64,000 nucleotides of DNA from a virus (lineage: Duplodnaviria; Caudoviricetes). The stretch lies in the IMG/VR virus record IMGVR_UViG_2882674194_000007, positions 86,196 through 150,195 of that record; one strand, 5' to 3'. The notes under the pieces were generated by a model. That model searched no databases, was not told the DNA's origin, and saw only the letters and a program-made list of their open reading frames with translations. The position numbers and the translations under genes are program-made. Below, piece by piece: positions 19,362 through 29,324 of this stretch (within the stretch, counting starts at the first letter, position 1; each line of letters begins with the position of its first letter).

Positions 19362-19601
19362 ATGCAAAACAAATATTCAAAGAAACAGTTAGAAGAGTTA
19401 TATAATTGCGAGATTTTTAAAGACTCAGGGTTTGATAATAGTCACTTGTTTTGGACAGCCCATGGTCTACCGTTGACACAAGATGGAGAAGATATTTTGT
19501 TTGCATATGCAGATGGATGGGATTTGAATGAGCTGCATGAAAATATTAGAGAAGCTATTCGAGAACATTGTATTGTGTTTGATGGGGAATCGGAGGTGTA
19601 A
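19362..19601 (+). CDS. Hypothetical protein
   Basis: AGGAG RBS. Confidence 0.6.
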   Translation: MQNKYSKKQLEELYNCEIFKDSGFDNSHLFWTAHGLPLTQDGEDILFAYADGWDLNELHENIREAIREHCIVFDGESEV

Positions 19602-19602
19602 A

Positions 19603-20346
19603 ATAGATAGATTAGGAGAAGTTAATAAGAATTCACATGGCACATTAATGAAGATAATTCGTTATGATGGTTGGGAAGATATTGATGTGCAATTCCAAGA
19701 TGAGTTTTATTATATAAAAGAACGTCAGACATATAGTAATTTCAAAAAGGGAGAAATTAAAAATCCATATGACAGAACCGTATTTGGAGTAGGGTATGTT
19801 GGAGTGGGAGAATATAAAACTAAAGAAAATGGTCGTTTCACAATATATTATCAGCAGTGGAAAAATATGCTTCTAAGATGTTATGTAAAAGCAGAACGCC
19901 ATCATGCATATGAAAACGCGAAAGTTTGTAAAGAGTGGTTAAATTTTCAAGTATTTGCAAAGTGGTATGATGAACATTATTACAAAATAAAAGAAAGTTT
20001 GCAGATTGATAAGGATATTAAATATTCATGTAATACAATATATAGCCCTCAAACTTGTATACTAATTCCGCAAAGAATAAATTTAATGTTTACAAATAAA
20101 CCAAATAATTGTGGATTGCCGAATGGGATAGTTAGACAAGGAAATGGTTATCTTGCAAAATATAATCATGAATGTTTAGGTAAATTTGATACAGTTGAGG
20201 AAGCATACCATTATCAGACTAAAAAGAAAAAGGAAGTAATTGTAGAATTAGCAAATGAGTATAAAAATATCATGCCTGAATATGTTTACGATATTGTTGT
20301 AAAATATGAATTTGATATTAGGAACGATAAAAATTATGTGGCATAA
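19603..20346 (+). CDS. HNH-type homing endonuclease-like protein
   Basis: W.NML.RCY, VCKEWLNFQ.F..W, QIDKDI, YSPQTC...P..IN; probable ATA start behind GGAGGTG. Confidence 0.7.
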   Translation: MDRLGEVNKNSHGTLMKIIRYDGWEDIDVQFQDEFYYIKERQTYSNFKKGEIKNPYDRTVFGVGYVGVGEYKTKENGRFTIYYQQWKNMLLRCYVKAERHHAYENAKVCKEWLNFQVFAKWYDEHYYKIKESLQIDKDIKYSCNTIYSPQTCILIPQRINLMFTNKPNNCGLPNGIVRQGNGYLAKYNHECLGKFDTVEEAYHYQTKKKKEVIVELANEYKNIMPEYVYDIVVKYEFDIRNDKNYVA

Positions 20347-20517
20347 TTTCCCTTGGAAACAACTCTTTTATTGCCAAAATGGGAGGTAATATGTGTAAAT
20401 TATCTGATGATGAATTGTGGGAGAAATGTAAAGAAGGTGGCAGTATTACACCAGAAGATTTAGGGTTAAAAAATCTTAATTCTAACGATTCATTTTACTG
20501 GACGGAGGGTATAAGGT

Positions 20518-21042
20518 ATGAAGACAAGTGAACAGATTTTAAATGAAATACAATCAGCAATACAATTAAATAAAAATGCAAAAGCAAAATGTAATACAGC
20601 TTTAACAGATGCAATTAGTTTGATTTTACATAATGAAAAAGAATTGCAAAATCGTTTAGATGAAGAATATAAACGTGGTTTGAATGATGCATGGGAGATT
20701 GCTAAAGAAGTATTTGACGATCGTAACTATTGTGCAATTTTAAATGTTTTTGAGTATGATTCGACTCTTGCTGAAGTGATTAGAAATCATAATCCTATAG
20801 AAGTTAAAAAGAAAATTTTAGCATATAAGGAAGAGCAAGAAAAGATTCGTGCTGGCGATGTGGTACAGGATAATAATGATGGTACAAAAGCAACCATACT
20901 TGATTATGATGCAGAGACTTCCTTAGAAGATGAGCGATATTGGATGGTGTACACAGAAAATAGATGTGTTGAAAGTTGGTGTGAGAATACTTTTACTAAA
21001 ACTGGTGAATCGGTAGATGTATGTAATGCTTTAATTAAATAA
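20518..21042 (+). CDS. Hypothetical protein
   Basis: ORF with RBS. Confidence 0.65.
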   Translation: MKTSEQILNEIQSAIQLNKNAKAKCNTALTDAISLILHNEKELQNRLDEEYKRGLNDAWEIAKEVFDDRNYCAILNVFEYDSTLAEVIRNHNPIEVKKKILAYKEEQEKIRAGDVVQDNNDGTKATILDYDAETSLEDERYWMVYTENRCVESWCENTFTKTGESVDVCNALIK

Positions 21043-21062
21043 TATAAAATTGAGGTGGTTAA

Positions 21063-21392
21063 ATGAAACAGACAAGAACAAGAGTAAAGAAATTGATTAG
21101 CCCAAGTGATTTTAGATATGCAGCAAGGCAATATAGGGATTATGCAATAGCCAAAGAAATGCAAGATGATTTAAAAATAATGGCATATACAGCACTTGGA
21201 AATCTTGAATTTGATATTCAAGAATCTAAAGAAAAAACAAATTTTGGAGTTGTAGGAAAAGAGAAAAAATATAATTGGTTTTGTTATGTAAAAGAAAGAG
21301 GATATATGTTCTTTTCTGAATCAGAAATAGGATTGTATTGCCAAATTATTGAACATATTGTAGGTAATCAGTTATATATACCATTTAACTAA
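21063..21392 (+). CDS. Hypothetical protein
   Basis: GAGGTG RBS. Confidence 0.65.
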   Translation: MKQTRTRVKKLISPSDFRYAARQYRDYAIAKEMQDDLKIMAYTALGNLEFDIQESKEKTNFGVVGKEKKYNWFCYVKERGYMFFSESEIGLYCQIIEHIVGNQLYIPFN

Positions 21393-21464
21393 TAGTCTTG
21401 AAATTTTGCTTTTATCGGTTGAGCAAGAAATATAAAAAATAAATCAAAAAGGAGAAAGAAATTT

Positions 21465-22016
21465 ATGAACAAGAAAACAAATTGGAAGTTACCGTTAATC
21501 ATTGTGGCAGGTGTTATTGCTATTATCCTACTTTGTGTATTTGGTGTACAGAGTTCCCAGAACAGGGCGTTTGCTTTGGAGGAACAGGTAAACACAGCAC
21601 AGTCGGATATCAAAGTTCAGGAGAAACGAAGAGTAGATTTGGTGTACAACCTTGCAGATTGTGTAAAGCAGTATGACAAACATGAGTCTGAAACTCTTAC
21701 AGCCATTGCAGAGGGGCGTGGATCAGCAGGCGATATTGAAAATGTTACTACAGCAATTACAGCCGTTTCAGAGGCGTATCCTGAGTTGAAGTCAAATGAA
21801 AATTATAAGCAGCTTATGAATGAACTGGCGATGACTGAAAATCTGATTGCTGAATATAGAAGCAATTATAATAAACAGGTTAAAGAATATAACAGATATG
21901 TTCGCAAGTTTCCAACCAGAATGTTTCTGAATATGCTTGGATATGAAACACAAGATTATACATACCTGGATTATGATGCGCCTGTCGATGCACCACAGAA
22001 TTTATTTGGAGAATAA
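21465..22016 (+). CDS. lemA: LemA family protein
   Basis: N-terminal TM; RRVDLVYNL, EAYPELKSNENY, YN..V..YN...RKFP. Confidence 0.9.
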   Translation: MNKKTNWKLPLIIVAGVIAIILLCVFGVQSSQNRAFALEEQVNTAQSDIKVQEKRRVDLVYNLADCVKQYDKHESETLTAIAEGRGSAGDIENVTTAITAVSEAYPELKSNENYKQLMNELAMTENLIAEYRSNYNKQVKEYNRYVRKFPTRMFLNMLGYETQDYTYLDYDAPVDAPQNLFGE

Positions 22017-22018
22017 GT

Positions 22019-22789
22019 ATGAGTAGATACAGTTATAGAAAACATGGATTTGATTTTGGAGATTTTGAAATCACCAAGAGAGAAATTTTAGCAAGTATTT
22101 CTATTATAGCTGTAATGTTATTAATCGGTGTTCTGATTTCTAGTAAGATTTCAGAACACCAGCTAGACGCAAATGAAATCTATAACAAGGCAGTGAAAAT
22201 AGATAATATGGATCTGTTTCAATATGGTATGGACACAAATGTAGGATATGCTTTTGTATATGGTGATTTAATTGCAGTTGATACAGTTACTTATCCTGAA
22301 ATTGGTGGAGAATATATGTCTGTTAGAAAAGGAACAGAAGAATATACAAGGCATACTAAAACAGTATATGAATATGATAAAGACGGTAATGTAACTGGTT
22401 CACACGAAGAAGTGTATTGGACATGGGATGAGATTAGAAGAGATTCTATTGATTGTGAAAAGGTTACATTTTTAGGAATAGAATTTAATTATGGACAGAT
22501 TTATAAACCAAGTAAAAGTTATATAAAAACAATCTATGATAATTTTAATAGTGATATCCGTTACGTTTATTATGGAGCAGAAACAAATTATAAAGGTACA
22601 ATATTTACAAATTTGAGAGATCATACTATTTCTGACAACACGAAATTTTATAATAATAAAAATATAGAGGAAACAGTTGAAACTTTGCAATCTAGTGGTG
22701 GAGTAATTATATTTTGGATATTTTGGATTGTATTGATTTGTGGTTGTGTATTTGGATTTTATTACGCAGAGAATAAGTGGTTAGAGTAG
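22019..22789 (+). CDS. Two-TM membrane protein, LemA partner
   Basis: N- and C-terminal hydrophobic helices. Confidence 0.7.
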   Translation: MSRYSYRKHGFDFGDFEITKREILASISIIAVMLLIGVLISSKISEHQLDANEIYNKAVKIDNMDLFQYGMDTNVGYAFVYGDLIAVDTVTYPEIGGEYMSVRKGTEEYTRHTKTVYEYDKDGNVTGSHEEVYWTWDEIRRDSIDCEKVTFLGIEFNYGQIYKPSKSYIKTIYDNFNSDIRYVYYGAETNYKGTIFTNLRDHTISDNTKFYNNKNIEETVETLQSSGGVIIFWIFWIVLICGCVFGFYYAENKWLE

Positions 22790-22837
22790 GTCTTAAAACC
22801 AGAGTTTCATTGGCAAAAATTTGATAGAAAGGACAAT

Positions 22838-23569
22838 ATGTACACAGAAAATAATAAAGGATTTACGATTATAACTAATTTTGGATGCGACAATCATTGT
22901 AAATATTGTATAACAAGAAGCCATCCAATTTTGCAAAATGCAGTTACGGATAAATCAAAGATAGATTGGGAGTATTTAGAGAAATGTATTTCTGAGTCAG
23001 AAGCACCAACTATCAATTTATCAGGAGGTGGTGATCCATTTTATGATTGGAGAAATAACATAGATTTTTATAATCGAGTTTATGATTTGGCAGTTAAATA
23101 TCATAAAAAGATGGATATACATACAAGAGTTCTTCCAGATGATATAGAACTAATTGCAAAATTCAGAAAAATTGCATTAAGTATAGAGAATAATGATATT
23201 GAAGCAGTTAAAAAGTTGAAATACATGCTGCCGATTATAGAGAAAACAACAATGATAAGAATCATCAATGTCCTTGATGAACGAATGACAAGAGAAAGTT
23301 GTATTCAGTACATAAATCAAATGCACGATATTGGTGTAAAACAAATCACTTTTAGGCAGATGTTTGGTAACAGGAAAGCATATCAGAATTTCTTGAAAAT
23401 TAAAGATACTATCAATATGCCTGGTGTTCTATTTCTTCCTGATGGAGAATATCACAATTACTATTTTACAACTAATAATAAACTTTATCCATATTTCTTT
23501 GGTTACACAGAAGAAGATAGAAAGGTATGGATGAAAAAATATGAAGACATTGAACAGTATTGTGGTTGA
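22838..23569 (+). CDS. Radical SAM protein
   Basis: CDNHCKYC and SGGGDP. Confidence 0.85.
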   Translation: MYTENNKGFTIITNFGCDNHCKYCITRSHPILQNAVTDKSKIDWEYLEKCISESEAPTINLSGGGDPFYDWRNNIDFYNRVYDLAVKYHKKMDIHTRVLPDDIELIAKFRKIALSIENNDIEAVKKLKYMLPIIEKTTMIRIINVLDERMTRESCIQYINQMHDIGVKQITFRQMFGNRKAYQNFLKIKDTINMPGVLFLPDGEYHNYYFTTNNKLYPYFFGYTEEDRKVWMKKYEDIEQYCG

Positions 23570-23969
23570 TCCGTATTTAGACAATCAAAGATGTATTGAT
23601 AGGCTTGTTGAAAATTGGAAGTTACATGATGGAATCATTATTGCTTTTGATTTTGATAATACTGTATTTGATTATTATGGCATGGGTTATCAGTATGATA
23701 AGGTTATCGAATTATTGAAAGAATGTAAGAGTATGGGTTGTACATTGATACTTAGTACCTGCTGTGATGAGACAAAATTTGCATTTATGAAAAGTAAATG
23801 TGAAGAAAAAGGTATTGAAATTGATTATATCAATGAGTCACCGCCATATATTCCATTCACAGGAAATAAGCTATATTACAATATTTTACTTGATGACAGG
23901 GCGGGTTTGAGTGCTGCATATGAGATTTTATATAAAACGAAAGAGAGGATAAAATTTGAAACATTTTGA
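23553..23969 (+). CDS. HAD-superfamily hydrolase (start uncertain)
   Basis: AFDFDNT and LLDDRAG. Confidence 0.75.
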   Translation, partial: NSIVVDPYLDNQRCIDRLVENWKLHDGIIIAFDFDNTVFDYYGMGYQYDKVIELLKECKSMGCTLILSTCCDETKFAFMKSKCEEKGIEIDYINESPPYIPFTGNKLYYNILLDDRAGLSAAYEILYKTKERIKFETF

Positions 23970-24936
23970 GCTGGTGAAAGAATATACATATCCAAGTGGA
24001 AGTGTGTATGTGTTATATAACAAAGAAAAGAATTTCTACATAGAGACAACATCTATGCAGGATGTAAATACTAAAGGTAAGTCACAAGAAATTATTATGA
24101 CTGATGATGTAGATTTAATAAAGAAAAATCTGGTTCTGTTTGAAGAAAAATGGCTTACAGCAATTAGTACGCAATATGGATGTCCACAACATTGTCAGTT
24201 CTGCTTGGTTCCAGAATTAGGTTTTCATGGGAATCTTACAACAGAAGAAATGTGGGAACAGCTTGAATTCGTATTCAATCAACATAAGGAAGTAACAAAA
24301 AGCGATAAAATTAAAGTCGGTTTTGCTCGTATGGGAGAACCACAATATAATTGGAAGAATATTTTGCAAGTTATGAGAGATATGAAAACATATAGAGATG
24401 GTTTTACATTTCTACCATGTTACAATACCATTCTTCCAAAAGTAAAAGTATTTGGTAAGAATCCGGTAGATGTTATAAAAGAAGAAGTAATGTCTGTAAA
24501 AGAATATCTTGATGGATTTATGCACATTCAGATTTCTACTAACAGTACAAATGAAGACGAAAGAAAATATCTTTTTGGTGGAGCAGATGTAGTAACCATA
24601 GAAGAGATGAAGCGAGAATTTAATAATATGCCAAATAACAACAGGCTTATTACATTGAATTTCATTTGTGGAGCCGGATGGGAACTTGATCCTGATAAAT
24701 TATATGGCTTAGATCCCAATGTGTTCTGCGTAAAAATTACACCTCTAAACACTACAAACGCTACTAAGGAACATGGTCTTGAAGATGCTATCCAGTGGAA
24801 TTGGAACAATATGAATAAAATCAAAGAGAAAGTTGAAAGTTGTGGTCTGAAGGTGATTGTAGATGTTGCAGCAAAAGCAGAATTGCCGTTATGTTGTGGT
24901 AATTTGGTACAAGACTATAAGAAAAATAGGCAATAA
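23956..24936 (+). CDS. RlmN/Cfr-like radical SAM methyltransferase
   Basis: ISTQYGCPQHCQFC, GNLTTEE, MGEP, C-terminal CCGNL. Confidence 0.75.
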   Translation: MKHFELVKEYTYPSGSVYVLYNKEKNFYIETTSMQDVNTKGKSQEIIMTDDVDLIKKNLVLFEEKWLTAISTQYGCPQHCQFCLVPELGFHGNLTTEEMWEQLEFVFNQHKEVTKSDKIKVGFARMGEPQYNWKNILQVMRDMKTYRDGFTFLPCYNTILPKVKVFGKNPVDVIKEEVMSVKEYLDGFMHIQISTNSTNEDERKYLFGGADVVTIEEMKREFNNMPNNNRLITLNFICGAGWELDPDKLYGLDPNVFCVKITPLNTTNATKEHGLEDAIQWNWNNMNKIKEKVESCGLKVIVDVAAKAELPLCCGNLVQDYKKNRQ

Positions 24937-24977
24937 AAGGTTAATTTTATGGTTTTGTAAGAAAGAGAGGAATTAAG

Positions 24978-25538
24978 TTGTCAATTAGAGAAGATATTTT
25001 ACTAAATACAGATAAGAGATTATTTTATATATCTAATGATATTGATAATGAAACAATGGGAAAGATGTGTTTTAATTTGCTTTATTTATTACAGGAAGAT
25101 GATAATAAGGAAGCAAAAGAAAAAGATTTTAAAAGAGAACCAATAAAAATTTATATTAATTCTTATGGTGGAAGCGTTTATGATATGTGGTCGTTAATTG
25201 ATATAATTCTGAATGCAAAATCTCCAATTTATACATATTGCACTGGATACGCTATGAGTGCTGCTTTTCAGATATTTTTAGCTGGTAGTAAGAGATTTGC
25301 TACAAAACATTCCACTTTTATGTATCATCAAATGTCTTGCTGGAGACAGGGAAAATATCAAGATTTAGTAGAGGATAGAGAACAAATGGACTCCTTGCAA
25401 AAGACTATTGAAGAATATGTTATTGATAGAACAGAGCTAACAAAAGCCGATTTAGATGATATCAGAGAAAGAAAAAAAGATTTCTTCATTAATCCACAAA
25501 ATGCTTTAAAGTGGGGAATTATTAATGAGATTTTGTAG
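24978..25538 (+). CDS. clpP: ClpP-like serine protease
   Basis: IYINSYGGSV, GYAMSAA, FMYHQ. Confidence 0.85.
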   Translation: MSIREDILLNTDKRLFYISNDIDNETMGKMCFNLLYLLQEDDNKEAKEKDFKREPIKIYINSYGGSVYDMWSLIDIILNAKSPIYTYCTGYAMSAAFQIFLAGSKRFATKHSTFMYHQMSCWRQGKYQDLVEDREQMDSLQKTIEEYVIDRTELTKADLDDIRERKKDFFINPQNALKWGIINEIL

Positions 25539-25566
25539 TTAAAATCTTGGTTTCATTTGATGGGAG

Positions 25567-25749
25567 ATGATAAGTATTAAAATAATATTTTTCTCAATTT
25601 TACATATTGCTTGTGTTGTAATTTATAGTCTTAATGCAAAATTAAGTAATAAAAAATCAGGAAAAATTTTATGGACAATTGGTGCATTGTGTTGGGGTGT
25701 AAATATAATTTGGGATATTGTAAAAATTTATTTAATGATTAATGGATAA
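25567..25749 (+). CDS. Small membrane protein
   Basis: Two hydrophobic segments. Confidence 0.5.
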   Translation: MISIKIIFFSILHIACVVIYSLNAKLSNKKSGKILWTIGALCWGVNIIWDIVKIYLMING

Positions 25750-25764
25750 GGAGAACTGATATAT

Positions 25765-25980
25765 ATGGCATTAACAAAGAAGCAAGAGAAACAAATTAAA
25801 AAATCAATTCAAAAGATATTAGAAGAAGTTAAATTTCAAGGATTGAAGTCTGGTGCTGCTGGTATACTTGGAGCGGTTTTAGAAATGTGCAATAGTGGCA
25901 AGTCGGACGAGGATATTGTTAAGGAAATTAAGGGATTCTGTGAGAAATCGTTGAATATGGATGGGATGAAAACTAATTGA
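25765..25980 (+). CDS. Hypothetical protein
   Basis: AAGGAG RBS. Confidence 0.6.
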   Translation: MALTKKQEKQIKKSIQKILEEVKFQGLKSGAAGILGAVLEMCNSGKSDEDIVKEIKGFCEKSLNMDGMKTN

Positions 25981-26180
25981 AAAGGAGAACAATATATTGA
26001 AAGTAAAATTTATAGATAATGTAGATATCAGTGGCAAGATCAATATTAATAAAGGTGAAACTTTTGAAGCAAGAGAAGATGGTGATTTCATCATGATTCG
26101 CATGAAAGATGATAGCACAGTTAAAGCACCGAAATCTGAAATCGAAGGAATTTTGGAAATTGTGGAAGGAGAATAAATAA

Positions 26181-26399
26181 TTGGAGTGGATCAAATGTAT
26201 TTCTGGTCAAATGCCAGAAGATGATGAAAGATATAAAGGTAAAAAAGTTATTAATGTTATTGCCACCACTAATAAAGGGGTTGTTACGAAGGTACAAAGG
26301 ATTTTTAATGATTATGCTAACATTTGGTATTGGGGAAGGATATGTGGAGGTATGAGGGCATGGATGCCGTTGCCTGAGCCATACAAAGAGAAGCATTGA
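26181..26399 (+). CDS. DUF551-like phage protein
   Basis: MEWI....MP...AWMPLPEPY. Confidence 0.75.
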   Translation: MEWIKCISGQMPEDDERYKGKKVINVIATTNKGVVTKVQRIFNDYANIWYWGRICGGMRAWMPLPEPYKEKH

Positions 26400-26909
26400 A
26401 TGCACGATTTCAAGGTTAAAAAAGAGGTGAAAAATATAAATTTATTCAAATTAATTAAAGAATACATAAGTAAAGAAATTAAAGTTTTGGATAAACAACT
26501 TGATTATTATAATAGACTATCAGAAGAAGAAAAGTATCACATTGAAACAGGTAAAGAATTCAATAAACTAGTTGCAGAATATCCGATTTCACAAGAAGAA
26601 TTATTTGATATGAATAAAGTGTTATGTGAATATGTTTTGAGAACACGAAATACTGACATAAAAAAATATTTTTTCATTAATGATGATATGGTAAGACTTC
26701 CATTCATGCTCAATGGTTTATGTTATGACCAAATCAATATGATTATTTCTGATTTGCTTAGAGAAATGAATATTGATGAAAAAGGTAATAATGTTTTGAT
26801 TGGTGGTACTGAGGAATATGAAAATAACTGGAAATATGAAATCGGAGAAAATTATGGTCTTCAAAAGGCAATTAGAATAATTAAAAAGTATTGGAAGGAG
26901 AATATATAA
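26400..26909 (+). CDS. Hypothetical protein (start probably ~26436)
   Basis: ORF track; GAGGTGA RBS downstream of motif 26397. Confidence 0.6.
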   Translation: MHDFKVKKEVKNINLFKLIKEYISKEIKVLDKQLDYYNRLSEEEKYHIETGKEFNKLVAEYPISQEELFDMNKVLCEYVLRTRNTDIKKYFFINDDMVRLPFMLNGLCYDQINMIISDLLREMNIDEKGNNVLIGGTEEYENNWKYEIGENYGLQKAIRIIKKYWKENI

Positions 26910-27257
26910 ATGGATTGTAAATATCCGGTTAAAAGTAGAAGTTATAAAGCGTGTGTATTGTGTTCTGATAAAAATATATGTGAAAATTCAACTATCGTAA
27001 ATAATGCAACAACACTACTGTCTGCAAGTGAAGCGCATAAAAAGACAACAGATAATATTAGAGATTGTTTAACAAAAGAATTATCAGAAATCAGTAAAAG
27101 AATCAGTGATGCTATCGCAAATGGTAAGTTCTATATTAATGGTGATGGCTGCTTACAATATGAAACAACTCAAAGATTAGAAGAACTTGGCTATAAAGTC
27201 AAAACTGGAAATCAATATAACGAAGATCATTGGAATATTAGTTGGAATAACGGTTGA
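26910..27257 (+). CDS. Hypothetical protein
   Basis: AAGGAG RBS. Confidence 0.65.
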   Translation: MDCKYPVKSRSYKACVLCSDKNICENSTIVNNATTLLSASEAHKKTTDNIRDCLTKELSEISKRISDAIANGKFYINGDGCLQYETTQRLEELGYKVKTGNQYNEDHWNISWNNG

Positions 27258-27362
27258 AACCGAAATTTTATGGAAGAAAATGTTTGCAAAACAGAAAAAT
27301 AAGTAATGAAAGGTAAAGATAATCCTAGGTAAAAAGTAATGTACATTACACTCAGGTAAAGA

Positions 27363-28685
27363 GTGAATCCAATTTTTAATGAATATCTCACATTTTTGCG
27401 AGATACAAGTGGTAAACAATTATTTGAACTAAAAGAAGGCTACTTTTGGTTAGATAATCAGATTATAAAAGGGTTTGATAAGCAAGGGAATATACATAAG
27501 TTCTATCGTATTAAAATTTCGGATTTGTTAGTGGTGACAATTGATAAACCCCAAAATGGATACGAAAACATTAAAGATATAGACTTGGCGAGTTGGAATG
27601 ATTTGATTGAGATGAATAAATCTCATTTGGAGAATATAGAAAACGAAGCAAAGCAACTCATCATAGATAAGATGAATAAATTTGATGAATATACACCATT
27701 GGTTCCTGTGAGCATGGGTAAAGATTCGCAAGTTACTTGTCATTTAGTGAGAGAATGTTGTCCAGATACAAAAGCCATTTTCAATAATACAACCCTTGAC
27801 TGCGCTGATACATATTCTATGGCTAAGAAATTTCCAAACTGTGAAATGATGACTCCAAAGCAAGGATTTTATCAATATATAAAAGAAGCTCAGATGATAC
27901 CTACAAGGTTTTCAAGATTCTGTTGCCGAATTTTTAAGGTTGGAGAAATGGTAAATCAGTTGGATCACAATGCTCTATATTTGATGTTTATGGGTATGAG
28001 AAATGAAGAAAGTAATACCAGAAGTGGATATGGTGATGAATGGGTGAATGAAGCCGAATGGGGAGATACAAAATGGCAAGGAATTTTACCTATTAGAACA
28101 TGGTCAGAATTAGATGTGTGGTTATATACATTATGGCGTGGTATTGAGATAAATCCAAAATATAAGAAGGGATATGCGAGAGTTGGTTGCCATATAGCCT
28201 GTCCATACTACACGAAATCTACATGGGTTCTTGATAAATATTGGTATCCTACCATGAGGACAAGGTGGGAAGACATTTTGAGAGACGATTTTATTAAGAA
28301 TAAGAAGTGGATCGTAATAAATTGTACTCTTGAAGAATATCTAAATGTGGCTTGGAATGGTGGTGCTTACAGAGAAGAACCTACTAAGGAAGTTATAGAG
28401 GAATTCGCAAGATATAACGGATTAGATGTAGGAGATACGAAGGTAGCAGCACAGTATTTTAATAAATATTGTTCTAATGGATGTAAATCTAGGTCTGGGA
28501 AACTAAAGAAAATTAAAGACAGAGATACCATTTCTATGAATATGAAATTCCACGGAAGAGAAATTGATAAGTTTTTGTGTAAGAAGTGTTTTATGGAACT
28601 TTATAAGATGGATGAGAATAAGTGGAACTGGTGGATAGAAAGATTTAAGCAAGACAGATGTGCTTTGTTTACAGATATAGAATAG
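27363..28685 (+). CDS. PAPS-reductase-family (PP-loop) protein
   Basis: SMGKDS, RFCC..FK, GMRNEES..R, RVGCHIACP. Confidence 0.85.
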   Translation: MNPIFNEYLTFLRDTSGKQLFELKEGYFWLDNQIIKGFDKQGNIHKFYRIKISDLLVVTIDKPQNGYENIKDIDLASWNDLIEMNKSHLENIENEAKQLIIDKMNKFDEYTPLVPVSMGKDSQVTCHLVRECCPDTKAIFNNTTLDCADTYSMAKKFPNCEMMTPKQGFYQYIKEAQMIPTRFSRFCCRIFKVGEMVNQLDHNALYLMFMGMRNEESNTRSGYGDEWVNEAEWGDTKWQGILPIRTWSELDVWLYTLWRGIEINPKYKKGYARVGCHIACPYYTKSTWVLDKYWYPTMRTRWEDILRDDFIKNKKWIVINCTLEEYLNVAWNGGAYREEPTKEVIEEFARYNGLDVGDTKVAAQYFNKYCSNGCKSRSGKLKKIKDRDTISMNMKFHGREIDKFLCKKCFMELYKMDENKWNWWIERFKQDRCALFTDIE

Positions 28686-28737
28686 TAAAAATATCAATGA
28701 AAGCGTTCTTTCATTGGGATAAGTTGGAGGTAAATTA

Positions 28738-29007
28738 GTGTTCAGAAATAAATATATAAAACCATTAACAAAGGGTCAGCTTAGTAAATTACATGGACAA
28801 GACATAAGAGTACATTTTTTGAGTAATGAGTATACAAGCGATAGAATTTGGAAAGTTAGGTTGGATAAAAACACTGTTGTGATTACAGATAATAAAGGTG
28901 ATTACAGAGCATTTGATAATTATAAAAAACATTATAATGAATCTACAGTAGGATCAGGCGTGTTAGTTTATAGGTTGCCACAAATTCCACATGATATTGA
29001 ATGGTAG
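28738..29007 (+). CDS. Hypothetical protein
   Basis: GGAGGT RBS. Confidence 0.6.
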   Translation: MFRNKYIKPLTKGQLSKLHGQDIRVHFLSNEYTSDRIWKVRLDKNTVVITDNKGDYRAFDNYKKHYNESTVGSGVLVYRLPQIPHDIEW

Positions 29008-29026
29008 GAGGTAAAAATAAATTAAA

Positions 29027-29287
29027 ATGAATAGAGATATAGGTGCTAAATTACCACAAACAAATTGTAGAACACCAATGCCACCTGTAAAGGAATTTGG
29101 TGAAAAAATTTGTGAGAATTGTGATAAAGAAGATGTGTGTATGTATAAAGAAGAGTGCATGAAAGCTATAAAGGATATTTTGGATATTGAGAGTAGAACT
29201 AATGTGTTTATTAAAACACATATTGATTGTAAGAAGTGGAGCAAGAAATCATCTGCGGTTAATATGAATGATATTTTATACAGATGA
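29027..29287 (+). CDS. Cys-rich protein, paralog of 17359-17683
   Basis: Shared 238-bp segment. Confidence 0.7.
   Translation: MNRDIGAKLPQTNCRTPMPPVKEFGEKICENCDKEDVCMYKEECMKAIKDILDIESRTNVFIKTHIDCKKWSKKSSAVNMNDILYR
29047..29284 (+). repeat. 238-bp diverged duplication, copy 2
   Basis: Ends immediately before motif at 29285. Confidence 0.9.
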
Positions 29288-29324
29288 ATTGTCACTTTCG
29301 TTGAAAAATTTGAGGTATAAAACA

